From Eledone cirrhosa (lineage: Eukaryota), in the NCBI GenBank assembly GCA_964016885.1, contig OZ024740.1, positions 146,072,001 through 146,136,000 of the forward strand: a DNA stretch of 64,000 nt, written 5' to 3'. The position numbers and the translations under genes were made by a program. Below are positions 1-11,300 of this stretch, piece after piece. The notes beneath the pieces were generated by a model. It did not search any database. It was not told the origin of the DNA and saw only the letters and a program-made list of their open reading frames with translations. Within the stretch, counting starts at the first letter, position 1, and each line of letters opens with the position of its first letter.

Positions 1-49
1 AAATATATACAATGAAATAAATAATGATGATATAAAGTATTATGAAAAT

Positions 50-952
50 ATTATGAAAATAAAACAAAGAAGCCTTCAATACATCAAAAGTCTTTATTAG
101 CCAACAATGTTTCGTCCTATTAAGGACTCATCAGGGCAATCAAAACCACAAGAAGTACTATCGGCCAATACAAGCCGAAAACTCCGAAGAATATGGAGTG
201 TACATACACTAAAGTATTGGAAGATTATGGGTAAAAATATATAATAAAAATCACTAAGGAGGTGATAACATTTTGAACCATATTACAAATATAGTCCAAA
301 GCAAAAAAAACTAGAGCTAAACAAAGGTGGTTATATAGAGCGGGAATTATAGTACTATATGTAATACAATATAATATAATATAATATACTTGTAACAAAA
401 TTAAAATTAAAATTCACAATATACATATGTATATATGTACGCACACGTACGCACATATACATATACATCAATACACATTTCCATCATGAACAGCACAAAT
501 TAAACTTTATTAAGAGTTTAAATATAAATGAGCATAATAGGAATAAAAATAAAAATAATACGTATATCTAATATACAGTATAACATGAAGTAATGAAATG
601 ATTAAAAGTAACACATATAATATATAATAAACTATATAACTATATAATATATAATATAATATAATAGATAATCTCCGGTTAATTTACACAAACAATATAG
701 ATGTCACAATAATACTATAATAATAATATATAATATATAATGGCATGTAAGTTAACAAATCAATTCATGTAGAGTTACAGAGTAGGTGAGAAAAAAATAT
801 AAATTGTACAATACCCAAAATTATGATGGTACAAAAATATAAACATCTTACATGATTGCCCTGATGAGTGCCCTGATGATAATAGGACGAAACATTGTTG
901 GCTAATAAAGACTTTTGATGTATTGAAGGCTTCTTTGTTTTATTTTCATAAT
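50..952. mobile_element. Penelope-like element remnant with inverted pLTR-like ends
   Basis: 50-142 is the reverse complement of 853-952. Both arms carry a CTGATGA...GACGAAAC hammerhead core. The interior is AT-rich with no ORF. Confidence 0.6.
95..142 (-). ncRNA. Minimal hammerhead ribozyme (type I)
   Basis: Minus strand reads AUUGCC-CUGAUGA-GUCC uuaaua GGAC-GAAA-C auu GUU-GGCUAAU: full core, 4-bp stem II, minimal stem III, short stem I. Confidence 0.65.
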
Positions 953-1081
953 TCTTCGGCTCTGTTTAATTACATTGAGCTATACCTTTTACTGTCATTT
1001 CTATAATACGAAGAGGGTGTTTAACTCCAACACACTCCAGTATTTTAATCCGATGATATAAAGTATATATCTTTTGTTTTT

Positions 1082-1272
1082 GGCAGTATCAGTAAAGTGT
1101 CGGACACCATGCTTTGTAGCATGTTATGGCCCTTTATGATCTGAGTTCAAATCCTGCCGAGGTTAACTTTGCCTTTCATCCTTACGGGGTTGATAAAATA
1201 AAGTACCAGTAATACACTGGAGTAATTGCTGGCCTTGTTCTAAAAGTAGAAACAATTATTATTATTATTATT
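1082..1272 (+). mobile_element. tRNA-derived SINE with Meta-like central domain, (ATT)n tail
   Basis: B-box GAGTTCAAATCC, then GCCTTTCATCCTTACGGGGTTGATAAA, then an (ATT)n tail. Homologous copies at 17140 and 39798. Confidence 0.75.
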
Positions 1273-1319
1273 ACAATATATATATATAAGCAAAGGGATA
1301 TCTAACACTCTCTGGTGTT

Positions 1320-1414
1320 GTCCAGCAGAAACAAGGGGGACAACCGTCTATGCATTTCAGGCTTGACTGGCCATCGTCAGGACCATACCTCCTACTGCTC
1401 TGCGACTGCTGGAC
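1320..1414 (-). ncRNA. Hammerhead ribozyme (mirror copy)
   Basis: Reverse complement of 1727-1821; core at 1349-1380. Confidence 0.7.
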
Positions 1415-1726
1415 TTGAAAACAGCCGAGAACATATAGTTTTCTCGTCTGTGTAAATGAGGTGATTAATCTCATTTGCATATGAAGCTGTATAAGTTGGC
1501 TCAACTTATAATAGTAAAGCAACAGGATTGCGCTTCAAGCATAGCTAAAATCGTATTTCTTTCGAAATACAAAATTTGTATACATATTGTATAAAGCTAT
1601 GCTTGAGGCGAAATCCTATTTCTTTTCTATTATGAGTTGAGCCAACTTATGCAGCTTCATATGCAAATGAGATTAATCACCTCATTTACACAGACGAGAA
1701 AACTATATGTTCTCGGCTGTTTTCAA

Positions 1727-1821
1727 GTCCAGCAGTCGCAGAGCAGTAGGAGGTATGGTCCTGACGATGGCCAGTCAAGCCTGAAATGCATAGACGGTTG
1801 TCCCCCTTGCTTCTGCTGGAC
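1727..1821 (+). ncRNA. Hammerhead ribozyme, minimal stem III
   Basis: GUC-CUGACGA(1761-67)-U GGC cagucaa GCC U-GAAA-U gc AUA(1792)-GAC. Palindromic AUGCAU stem III; distal GUCCAGCAG/CUGCUGGAC pairing extends stem I. Confidence 0.7.
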
Positions 1822-1945
1822 AACACCAGAGGGCGTTAGCCCCCCCCCCCCCCCCCCCGGTGTTCGCATAGCTACGTCTTCCTAAAATCGTATTTCTTTC
1901 AAAATACGAAATTTATAAATTTCTTTTACGAACTCTGAAGGTAAT

Positions 1946-2272
1946 TCATCATCATCATCATCACCGTTTTACGTCCGTTCTTCCACGCTAGCATGGGTTA
2001 GACGGGTTGTCCTGTTGTGGGCAGTGTCTGGTCGGCTGACCATGCCTTGCTCATACAGGAACTGATTTGGCTTGATTTCAACAGCTGGATGCCCTTCCTA
2101 ACACCAACCTCATTTACAGTGAGTGCTGGGTGCTTTTTCGTGGCACCTACACGTCCACTTTACAGTGTGGGCTGGGTGCTTTTTTGCGGTGGGGGGTGTG
2201 GGGGCATATTGTCTATATGCTTCAGCTTGTACCCATGGGAGGTCGGGTATTCTGTATTACTGCGGGACGCCT
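1946..2272 (-). mobile_element. 5'-truncated RTE 3' end with extended (GAT)n tail
   Basis: (CAT)n at 1946, the shared CCATGCTAGCGTGGAAG tail, the GGAAGGGCATCCAGC motif, and RTE ORF-end similarity at about 2240-2272 (compare 15219-15245). Confidence 0.65.
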
Positions 2273-3143
2273 ACTTATTAAATTTTTCTCCTAACGCATA
2301 CAATACAAAGTTTATGTGACATATTATTATTATAAGGGCATTGGATAGCAGAATTGGTAGGGTACTTGATTGAATATACTTTGCAGTATTTAGTTACTTC
2401 CCTTTGCAATCTGAATTGAAATTCTGAAGTATGGGTTCGATGCTGCAGCTTTCCGTTTCCAGTTCGAGCCACCAGAACTGGACTGAGGGAACAGCAAAGG
2501 GCTAAATCACATAACAATCTTCCTGTTCTGCAATGGTAAGCCCCTCAGCATGTAGTATCTTAATTGTAGAGGCCTTATAGGGTTAAAATATAAGGCTTTA
2601 TTTTTTAATGCTTATCTATTGTTAGTACCATGATAAAATGTACACAGTAGACACTATAAAATGGTAGAATTTAGGAAGAGCATTCAGCTATAGAAAGAGA
2701 TAACATGAGTAAGACATGGTCCTCAGCCTGATTATAAAAGTCATAACTTCAAATAAGAATTCAAACTGTGATGATCCATTTAACTCCTGCAAGCATGTCA
2801 AATGATGGGAAGGAGGAATGAACTGTTCATTTGAAAATTTTCAGTAATTACATCATCATCATTTAATGTCTGTCTTCCCTGCTAGCAAGGGTTGGATGGC
2901 CTTCACAGATTGAGTCAGTGCTCAAGCAGAGCCATTGACCTCTTGGATGGGCTTGGAGCATTCATCTCACTTACATATCTTCCTGTGCTCTACTGAGTGC
3001 ATTTTATTGTGGCACCAGCACTAACTTTTCTTCCAACCCTTTTTTGGCAGGTTCTCTATGGCTGGATGACCTTTCAATCACCAACCACTTTATCTACTAA
3101 ATGTCTTTCTAATATCATTCAATTGTTTTCTATTTTTTTCTAG

Positions 3144-3280
3144 AATTGTTTTTAGCACGGGTCTATGAACAGTCAAATGATAATTCAACTGCTGGTATGA
3201 AAAGTAATGTGAAAGATCTGGGGAAAAAAATGAAGAATTTTGGGAAAGCCTTAAAAACAAGGTTCATACATGATAGTTAG
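3144..3280 (+). CDS. Candidate last coding exon of an unidentified upstream gene
   Basis: Acceptor ttttctatttttttctAG (3142-43), then open frame xLFLARVYEQSNDNSTAGMKSNVKDLGKKMKNFGKALKTRFIHDS* followed by AT-rich UTR-like sequence. No family recognised. Confidence 0.4.
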
Positions 3281-5496
3281 TTCTTCATAAATATTTTAAT
3301 CTGTTATTCCTGATTTCAGAATACACACAATACACACACTTACACGTATCTATACATATATATATACACATATATGTATGTGTGCATATATATATATATA
3401 TATATATCTGTATTATACCATAGCATATGGTCTAATCTGGCAGCTTATCATGAACCTTTGTTCATTTGATATCCAAATCAGAAGTATGATACTGTTGCAA
3501 AAAATGCTCATGGTAACAAATTTGTTTTCTTTTAATTTATTCTCCACACATATTTTTGTTATCGTTCTAGATGACAGTTAAAAATTGCTACCATTCCAAA
3601 TAACTTATTGGAATATTGCTAAAATCTGAAATGATCAAATTTTGCTGCTTTGCATTCCCCTCTTCCCCATTAAAAAAGAAAAAGAATTGTATGTATTACC
3701 TCTATTGTTTTCTCCTACTTATTTAAAAAAGTAAAAAAGACAGTTTGTTAAAAATATAAGAGAAATTGGGCACTGTTTGAAATCAATGCAATTTTATTTA
3801 AAAGAAAAAAAAAAGTATTATCACATTTTTGCAATTTTTTTTTCAATATTTCAACTTATTTCTCAAAGCTGTTATAAAATATTGAATCCCTGCAAATGAG
3901 AGAATAATTCTACAATGTTCTAGGAATCTCAAGCAATGTTGAATCTGATGAAGAGGATGATAATTTTTCTGTTTCAAAGGGCAACTATGCAAGAAAATAT
4001 CAAGGCAGCTTAATAATCAGTGCCAAAAACAATAATAAATATTGCTTTTGGTTTAAAAACAAGATGTGTCATTATATAGATCTGAGGAACCATGAGACAA
4101 CACATCATAAAAATGAGCCATTAAGTTCAAACACAATTTAATTTTAAGAACTTGTTCTGTTTTTCTATCTATATTTAATAAATCGAAGCATTGATCTTTT
4201 TTTATCGTTCGTATAATTCTACATTTATGGCATGTCATGTCACCTTTTGTTAATAGTATTAGGGAAAATCTTTTTACTTTCCAGAAACTCAGTGGAAGAT
4301 TTGAATCCAGCATGGCATGCTCATAAAACTCATCAGTTGTATAATACTTCTGCTGCTTTAAAGCAGTAAGTTTCAAACTTGTAGTATCTACAGCTTAGTA
4401 GACTAGGATTTTATCAGGGACATAGTAATAATGAAGGATAAAAAACTGATCAATAAGTCAGCACACAGTGATTTGGATAGTTATATCTGAGGATTCTCAT
4501 TTCTTAGGTATCAAAATTATTGCAAAATTGAGACTATGTATATACATACATACATGCACACACAGACATACATATTATATATATATATATAATATAATAT
4601 ATTATATATATATATTTATTTATCTATTTACACACACCCCACTCTATTGATTTAGTGTTGAAAAGACAACTACATGTCCCATGAAGGTATTGTTGTGTGG
4701 AGTTTTCTAAATCTCTTGCATATTTTTAACAGTTGGCAGTAACTAGAAATTAAGGCTTTCAGTGCTAAGTTGCAACCTATATTTTAATGGTTGCAATACA
4801 AATATGTATATTTGAAGTGTATGTATGCCAGGCTTTTGAACTTTTGGTGTGGAAAGTGGAGATACAAATTTGTCAAAGCAATTCTGCAGGTGCATAGATT
4901 TCTTTTTGTAGTCAGTTATGTTGTTAATGCTCTTGAGAAAGGCATGATTGTTACAAAATATCATTTCCATCCTTATAAACTTAAAACTTTGTGCCTATAT
5001 AAGAAATTAATATTTCAATCTATTTTTTCTATGTTGGCAAGTGTTGGGTGTGTCTTTAGTTTCAGTTAACTTCATGTTCTTGAAGTAATTATTTTAGTAT
5101 CAAATATTGTAGCATAAGGTGGAACTTATATTTCAGTAGAAAAACTGCTTCAAAAATTCTTATCCATCTGATGCCAGTATGGAAAAAACAGACATAAAAA
5201 TGATGATAGTGATAATATATACATACATTCTACCGAATAAATGATATAAATATGACATCCAGCAGAATCTACACAATAGATTCAGACTATCAGTGACGAC
5301 TGTTGGCATATAACTCAAGAGATTCAGACTAAATAGATACTGAGTCCACAAAACAAACTATACATTAACATGAAAAACTGGTTTGGATCTGATGGCAGGA
5401 TGTATTTAAGGCATCATTCTGGTGAGAGATTGAGGTATGGTCCTGGTTTGGGGAGGTTTTCATGTATATATAATTTCATCTTCTGATTACTGTGTA

Positions 5497-5527
<31 letters not shown>

Positions 5528-5696
5528 GCAGAAATGTTATGGATTCTTCGCCCATAGTAAAGCTTCTACCATTTTGATAACAAATGAAAAATTTCTTGAA
5601 ATGGCAAGGCAAAGAATCTCTATAAGAATAATATCTACACTCTACTTTTCTTAAGTATAGAGTACTAAGTTGAATAATGCTCTTACTGGTCCTAAC

Positions 5697-5699
<3 letters not shown>

Positions 5700-5760
<61 letters not shown>
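5700..5760. repeat. (TA)n microsatellite
   Basis: About 30 TA units. Confidence 0.95.
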
Positions 5761-5765
<5 letters not shown>

Positions 5766-5779
5766 TATAAATTTAAATA

Positions 5780-6224
5780 ATTTTAAAAGCCATACAATGC
5801 ATTAGAAAATTAAAGGTGCCAAGATAATGATAGAATTTTACCTTAGCAAATTTAATTATCCCAAATATTTTTGGGTTTCAAAACCCATTATCAAGGGAGT
5901 ATCCATGTGAAGGTCTTAAAGGACTGGTTGGAGATGAGTTGTTGTTAGGATGGCAGATATGCTTCAAGCAAACTACAACAGTCTGATATATATATGTTAT
6001 AAAGGAGAGATGGTTTCATGTAATCATCCTCTGTTTATTATATAATCCTGCACATTATAATTATATAATAAACAGGATGTATACATAAAACTGTCTCTTC
6101 TTTATAATATTGATACTCCATCTGATAACTTTAAGGTAATACCTTCAGGTAAAAAGTGTACTTATGCGTGAGGCTCCTGACCTTTGAGCCACTAGTATCG
6201 CCTCACAGCTATAATGTGTGTGTG

Positions 6225-6263
<39 letters not shown>

Positions 6264-6430
6264 CAAATTTAAAAAATATATTAGAGAGAGAGAAAGAGTC
6301 ATATGTCATTTGAGAAACACATAGTATTTTGTACACATATATAAAACAAAATACTATGATATATGGCTCTTTTCATCTCTAAATATATTTTTAAAATTTG
6401 AATTATTGATGCTCTGAACTAAGACCCATT
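5780..6430. mobile_element. Cluster of decayed Penelope-like end fragments and small palindromes
   Basis: Imperfect palindromes at about 5995-6110 and 6258-6406; decayed hammerhead-like motifs at about 5860-5900 (-) and 6123-6160 (+); interspersed (TA)n. Confidence 0.4.
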
Positions 6431-6545
6431 GGGCTTATTTTATGAGAAACACAGTCTTCATACAGATTAAATATGTTTTGATACCTATGATTTCTTTTGA
6501 ATGAAACAGTTCTAGTCCTGTAGAAGCCATTTCTATATTAAACTT

Positions 6546-6576
<31 letters not shown>

Positions 6577-6633
6577 ATATGTATGTGTGAATATATATAT
6601 ATATATATGAGAGAGAGAGAAATAGATAGATAT

Positions 6634-7348
6634 GTTTCTTTATTAGCCACGGGCACAAAAGAAGGGGACAATTACAAAGGGAGGAGTTTACATACAATAA
6701 AAACATGTAAAATGTTATCACAATTGTAAATTAAAAGTTAATCGATTTTCCCCAATAGGGGGAGACAGTTCATATGGGTAGCACATACCCCTGAAAAAAA
6801 TGTGCAACCCTCATCTCCAGGAGTACGAAGAGTTTGTACCCCTTTCCTCTCTTCCTCTTTTTCCTCAACCTACAGGCTGATATAGAGAGAAGGCCCATTC
6901 ACCCGGGCCATTCTTGCCACTTTCACCCACCTTTCATAAAACTTGCTGGGGTACAGCACCTCTCTCTCCATCCTGACTCTTCTTCCAAAGTGGTATTTGA
7001 AAAAAAGAATCAGTTGTTGGCCGGAGAGAAAGGTGTCTGACCTCAGCCCTTTTAACCTCGTCCACCATACAACCTCTTTCGCCATAGCTATCACACAAAG
7101 GAAAACCGCCTCTCCTTCGTTTTTGAAGGAGGGTGGCGGTTTGATCATGACAATTGACTCGGTGGTCAACTGGATTGGTCCCACCCGTGACAATAGTCGT
7201 TCTACATAGCCCCACAGGTCGGTAACGCCCGGGCAGTGTATGAATGTGTGCGCGACGGTTTCTTCGTCTCGCACGCATCTCGAACAGATCTTTTTCGAAG
7301 GGTCCCTGCCCGGGCGCCCATGTCTGTAGAGCTTGTCTCAAACTGGCA
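6634..7348 (-). mobile_element. 5'-truncated L1/Tx1-clade LINE (ORF2 C-terminus plus 3' UTR)
   Basis: zf-RVT-like EETVAHTFIHCP motif in ORF 6870-7274; AATAAA at the 3' end; (TAGA)n on both flanks. Confidence 0.75.
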
Positions 7349-7399
7349 TAGATAGATAGGTGGATAAATAGATACTCACATTTATATATTATATTATCA

Positions 7400-8588
7400 T
7401 CATTTTACATTTGTTTTTCCATGCTTGCATGAATTGGTTAGATTTTCTCCAATACAGTTATAGTCTTTCGTCATCTCTTTCATAGGGTATAAAACCCTGA
7501 GATCAGCTTTCACAAGGTCCCTCTGCTTGGATCACTTGACACTTTTTCACTTAAATGTTTCATATACATCTTGTATCCATACCAGTGCAGTCTTCTCTCC
7601 TGTATACTGGAACTAGTTCTTATACCTATTTTTTCTCTCAGCTCATCTGTAACTCTTTCGTCCATACACACTAACATTACATGTCTAATGGAGCCTGCTC
7701 ACTTCATTTCTATAAGTCATCACATATCCTCTACATTCAATGTCCATGTTTTATTGTCATACAGTAACATATTTCATACACAAGCATCATACAATCTGCC
7801 TGTTACTGGGAGAGATTAACCCTTGCAAACAGAAGCACAAGCTCCCTAATTTTTTCCACTATCTTATTTCTTGGGCTACTAGCTTCCTCAGTACTCACTC
7901 TACAATTAATTAGGCTATCTATGTAACGGAAGCTATTAACTACTAGTGTTATTTCTGGGCAGTTGAAAAAGTTCACTTCACAACTACTGTGTATAAGATC
8001 CTTCTTTTCTGTCAGCCGGCATCGCTTATGTATCCATAATTTTCAACAAGTAAAATTCTTTTCTTTATATCTTGCACGGCCACTTCTCAGATTGCAGTAA
8101 ATTTCTGTATTCTTTCTTGCTGACTATTATTTTTTTTCTGTTAGGTTTACCCCTTGATTGTCAGCTTTGCTTATAGTTTTGGAACTTTTCTTCTGACTTG
8201 TCATTGGCATACAGGATTTTCTAATGACAGCTCATCTCAAACTCTTCATTTATGATCTGGAGAACTATAATAAACAAAAAGTTGCTGAGAACCAAACCCT
8301 AATTGATGACCTAGCTGCATACTGAATTCCTCACTGAAATTGTTGCTAATTTTCATTTTATTGACAGTCCCTGTATACATGGTTTACATTTTTGTCACAA
8401 GCCATTTCTCCAATACCAGTTATCTTAATAGCTCCCGTATTCTGGTTTGGAGTACTTTTGAAAGACCTCCATGTCAAGAAGTGCTAGATATTGTGGCTTG
8501 TTTTTTGCTAAGAACTCTTATAATTGTCTCCCTAAGAAGAGTGCATTAGGGGTACTCCATCCTTGCACAAACCCAAACTGCATCTCTT
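7400..8588 (-). pseudogene. Old degenerate RTE (RT to 3' tail), PHD-bearing family
   Basis: Remnants of MQFGFV, KWPC and WIHKRC, plus the shared 3' tail; many stops. Confidence 0.75.
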
Positions 8589-9086
8589 ATATCTGTGTAT
8601 ATGCAAATATCTATATAAATAGATATATGCATGCATTATGTAATTATATAAACATATTTTGTATGTATATAATCTGTATGGTTATTGGTTCTGTATATTC
8701 TCTTTAGGTGCCATATATTTTTTTCAATCAAGTCAAGAATAATATTTTCCCACTGAGCTACAATCCTTAATCAAGAAGAATTCTCCTAATTCTAGTATGT
8801 TGAATACGGCAATCAGCCAGTTTAGTGTTTGCAGTTTGTCTTCCGTCTTTTCAGAACTCTTCCCTTTTCTATGCTGAGTTATTTTATACATTGCTCATCA
8901 GAAATCATATGCTTACTTTCCATCTAAGAAATCAAAAAGAACCAATTGTTCCTTCTTCTTTCCTGTATGTCAAAATATTTAAGAAAAATGTGTAGATGGA
9001 TTTTACTTTCTTTATTGATGGCAGCTGCATAAAGAACAAATGTAGACATTTACCCTGTCTATGTCCTTAAAATATCATTGGTAATA

Positions 9087-9403
9087 TGGAGGCACATTGC
9101 AATCGAAAGGTTGTGAGTTCAATTCTCAGACCGGGTGATGTGTTGTTTCCTTGAGCAAGACACTTTATTTCACATTGCTCCAGTTTACTCAGTTGTAGAA
9201 ATGAGATGATAGGGACTGGGGTCCATATCATTCCACTGCAAAGTGGTTGTGGAGGTGCCACGGCAAAAAAGCATCCAGCACTCACTGTAAATGAGGTTGG
9301 TGTTAGGAAGGGCATCCAGCTGTAGAAATCAAGCCAGCATCAGGTCCCGTCCCACCCTTGCAAGCAGGGGAAAAGCGGACGTAAAATGAAATGATGATGA
9401 TGA
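9087..9403 (+). mobile_element. tRNA-derived CORE-like SINE with RTE-derived tail
   Basis: B-box GAGTTCAATTC, CORE-like TGTGTTGTTTCCTTGAGCAAGACACTT, RTE 5' motif, and a 3' end matching the RTE at 17762. Confidence 0.75.
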
Positions 9404-9430
9404 TAATGTATTTATATTGTATGAAGCACA

Positions 9431-9622
9431 TTAACCCTTTAGCATTTACATTACTCTATATATACATAATTATCTCACATATCGAATCTACGAGATTTTG
9501 ATGTCATTTATTTTGAGAACAATACCATAACATCAGTATGAGTGGCCATTTTTAGCCAGTTTGAACAGAAAGAGGTGAGAGAATTCTGGCCGGATACGGC
9601 TGGTTTAAATGCCAAAGAGTTA
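9431..9622 (+). mobile_element. TTAA-flanked MITE (piggyBac-like ends)
   Basis: TTAA CCCTTTAGCATTTA ... TAAATGCCAAAGAG; about 200 bp; one of nine copies. Confidence 0.8.
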
Positions 9623-9695
9623 GATATTATAACAGTGAACTGAACATTTAGAATAAGGTGAATCTAACAATTGCTTTATAAAATAAATGACCTGT

Positions 9696-9901
9696 TTAAC
9701 CCTTTAGCATTTAAACAGGCCATATCTGGCCAGAATTCTCTCACCTCTTTCTGTTCAAACTGGCTGCTCATACTTATGTTAAGGTATTGTTCTCAAAATA
9801 AATAATATCAAAATCTCGTAAATTCGATATTATGTCAGATAAAGTGTTTACCATGAAAATACAATAGTAAATGTAGACTAATGTAAATGCTAAAGAGTTA
9901 A
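9696..9901 (-). mobile_element. TTAA MITE, inverted copy
   Basis: Same TIRs, opposite orientation, 73 bp from the previous copy. Confidence 0.85.
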
Positions 9902-11190
9902 ATATAAATGATAATTTGCTTCTGAAAATATGAAATATAGTATAGGTGTGTTGTTTAAATGAATTTTACCTCTACCGTGTGAAGGTGTGTGGCTTTGTGG
10001 TTAGGCTGTTTGGCTCATGTTTAATCATGACAATTTATTTCAAGTTGCTTCAGTTCACTTAGCTGTTAAACATGAGCTGTACGTGTAATTGAAAGGGCCA
10101 ATATTTTCACACCTTGTATTATGCTGAACATCCCAGAGAACTATGTTAAGGATACATATGTCTGTGGAATGTTGAGCCACTTGCACATTAATTTCACAAG
10201 CAAGCTGGTCTGTTGATTGTATCAACTAGAAACCTCATCGTCAGATCAACAGAGTACCAACACACCTCAAGTGTAGGTATAATGAAATTTATAGAGCAGT
10301 TCTTTCAAACTACACCTATAATATAATGTTTAAACACACGTAATAAAAACAATCTCTAGGCAAGAAGAAAAAAAGGGGAAGAGGCAAAATTCTAGAGAAA
10401 TTTTAACCATATATATATGGTGCCAAGGTTCTTTTCATTGACAGCAGTAAGTGAATTTCAAGGCTCAAGCAGATAAAAAGTAATGTAAACTCTTAAATAA
10501 TTACTGATTTAATAAATTTATAAACACTGGAAGATATCTAACTCATAATTTTATTAGCCCTGTCCAACCCTTATATGAAAAAACGCACATTATTATTATT
10601 ATTATTAGTAATAGTAGAGGTATTAATGTTCATTACATTTTCAATCTCTCTTAGTCTGGTGAATAAGGGTTACTGGGTGAAGTTTAGAATAAAATAAACA
10701 GTAGGAACCAAGGAAACTAGTGATGTTCTCATCAATGAGCCCTTAGCTCCTGGTAGAGATGTAGGGGTGCAGTCATAACATATATCATGTCTTGGTCATT
10801 TAAACAAAGCAAAGCTTATCCATCTCAAAGTTTGACCATAGTCAATTTCTTCCAGAGAAGAGATAGGAAGAGAGTAGTAAAAGGAGTGAAAAAGGGAAAC
10901 AAAGCAAAACAAGAATTGATCCCAGTACTGGATTGATACTTTAGTTAACCTCAGCATGCTTTGAACTCAGAGTACAGAGAGCCAAAGTGAATACTACAAG
11001 GCATTCTCAGTGATAACCTAATAATTGACAATTCACTATCTTAAATAAGTGAATGTAAACAGTCCAAAGGTGAAATAAATTGGTTTACCTTGATGGATAA
11101 GAAAAGTTTATTTCTAGCAGTAACCATCATCAAAGAGAATTATATATATAGTTATTTTTATTTTTTAACAATTGTATAAATTTACAGTTG

Positions 11191-11300
11191 AATAACATTA
11201 CAGATGTTTTAAATATATACATAAATAACATTACAGATATTTTAAATATATACATAAATAACATTACAGATGTTTTAAATATATACATAAATAACATTAC
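11191..11300 (+). repeat. 33-bp minisatellite, about 3.3 units
   Basis: AATAACATTACAGATGTTTTAAATATATACATA repeated. Confidence 0.9.

Larger units (their letters stand above)
1302..1839. repeat. Long inverted repeat (245-bp arms, 48-bp spacer), Penelope pLTR-like
   Basis: 1302-1546 is near-identical to the reverse complement of 1595-1839. The mirrored ORFs 1271-1522 and 1637-1885 result from this symmetry. Confidence 0.9.

Noticed and set aside
1271-1885. Two near-identical 82-83 aa ORFs as duplicated genes
   Set aside because: Mirror products of the inverted repeat, with non-ATG starts and no recognisable domain.
4053-4376. 107-aa minus-strand ORF
   Set aside because: Non-ATG start, no motif, AT-rich; probably chance.
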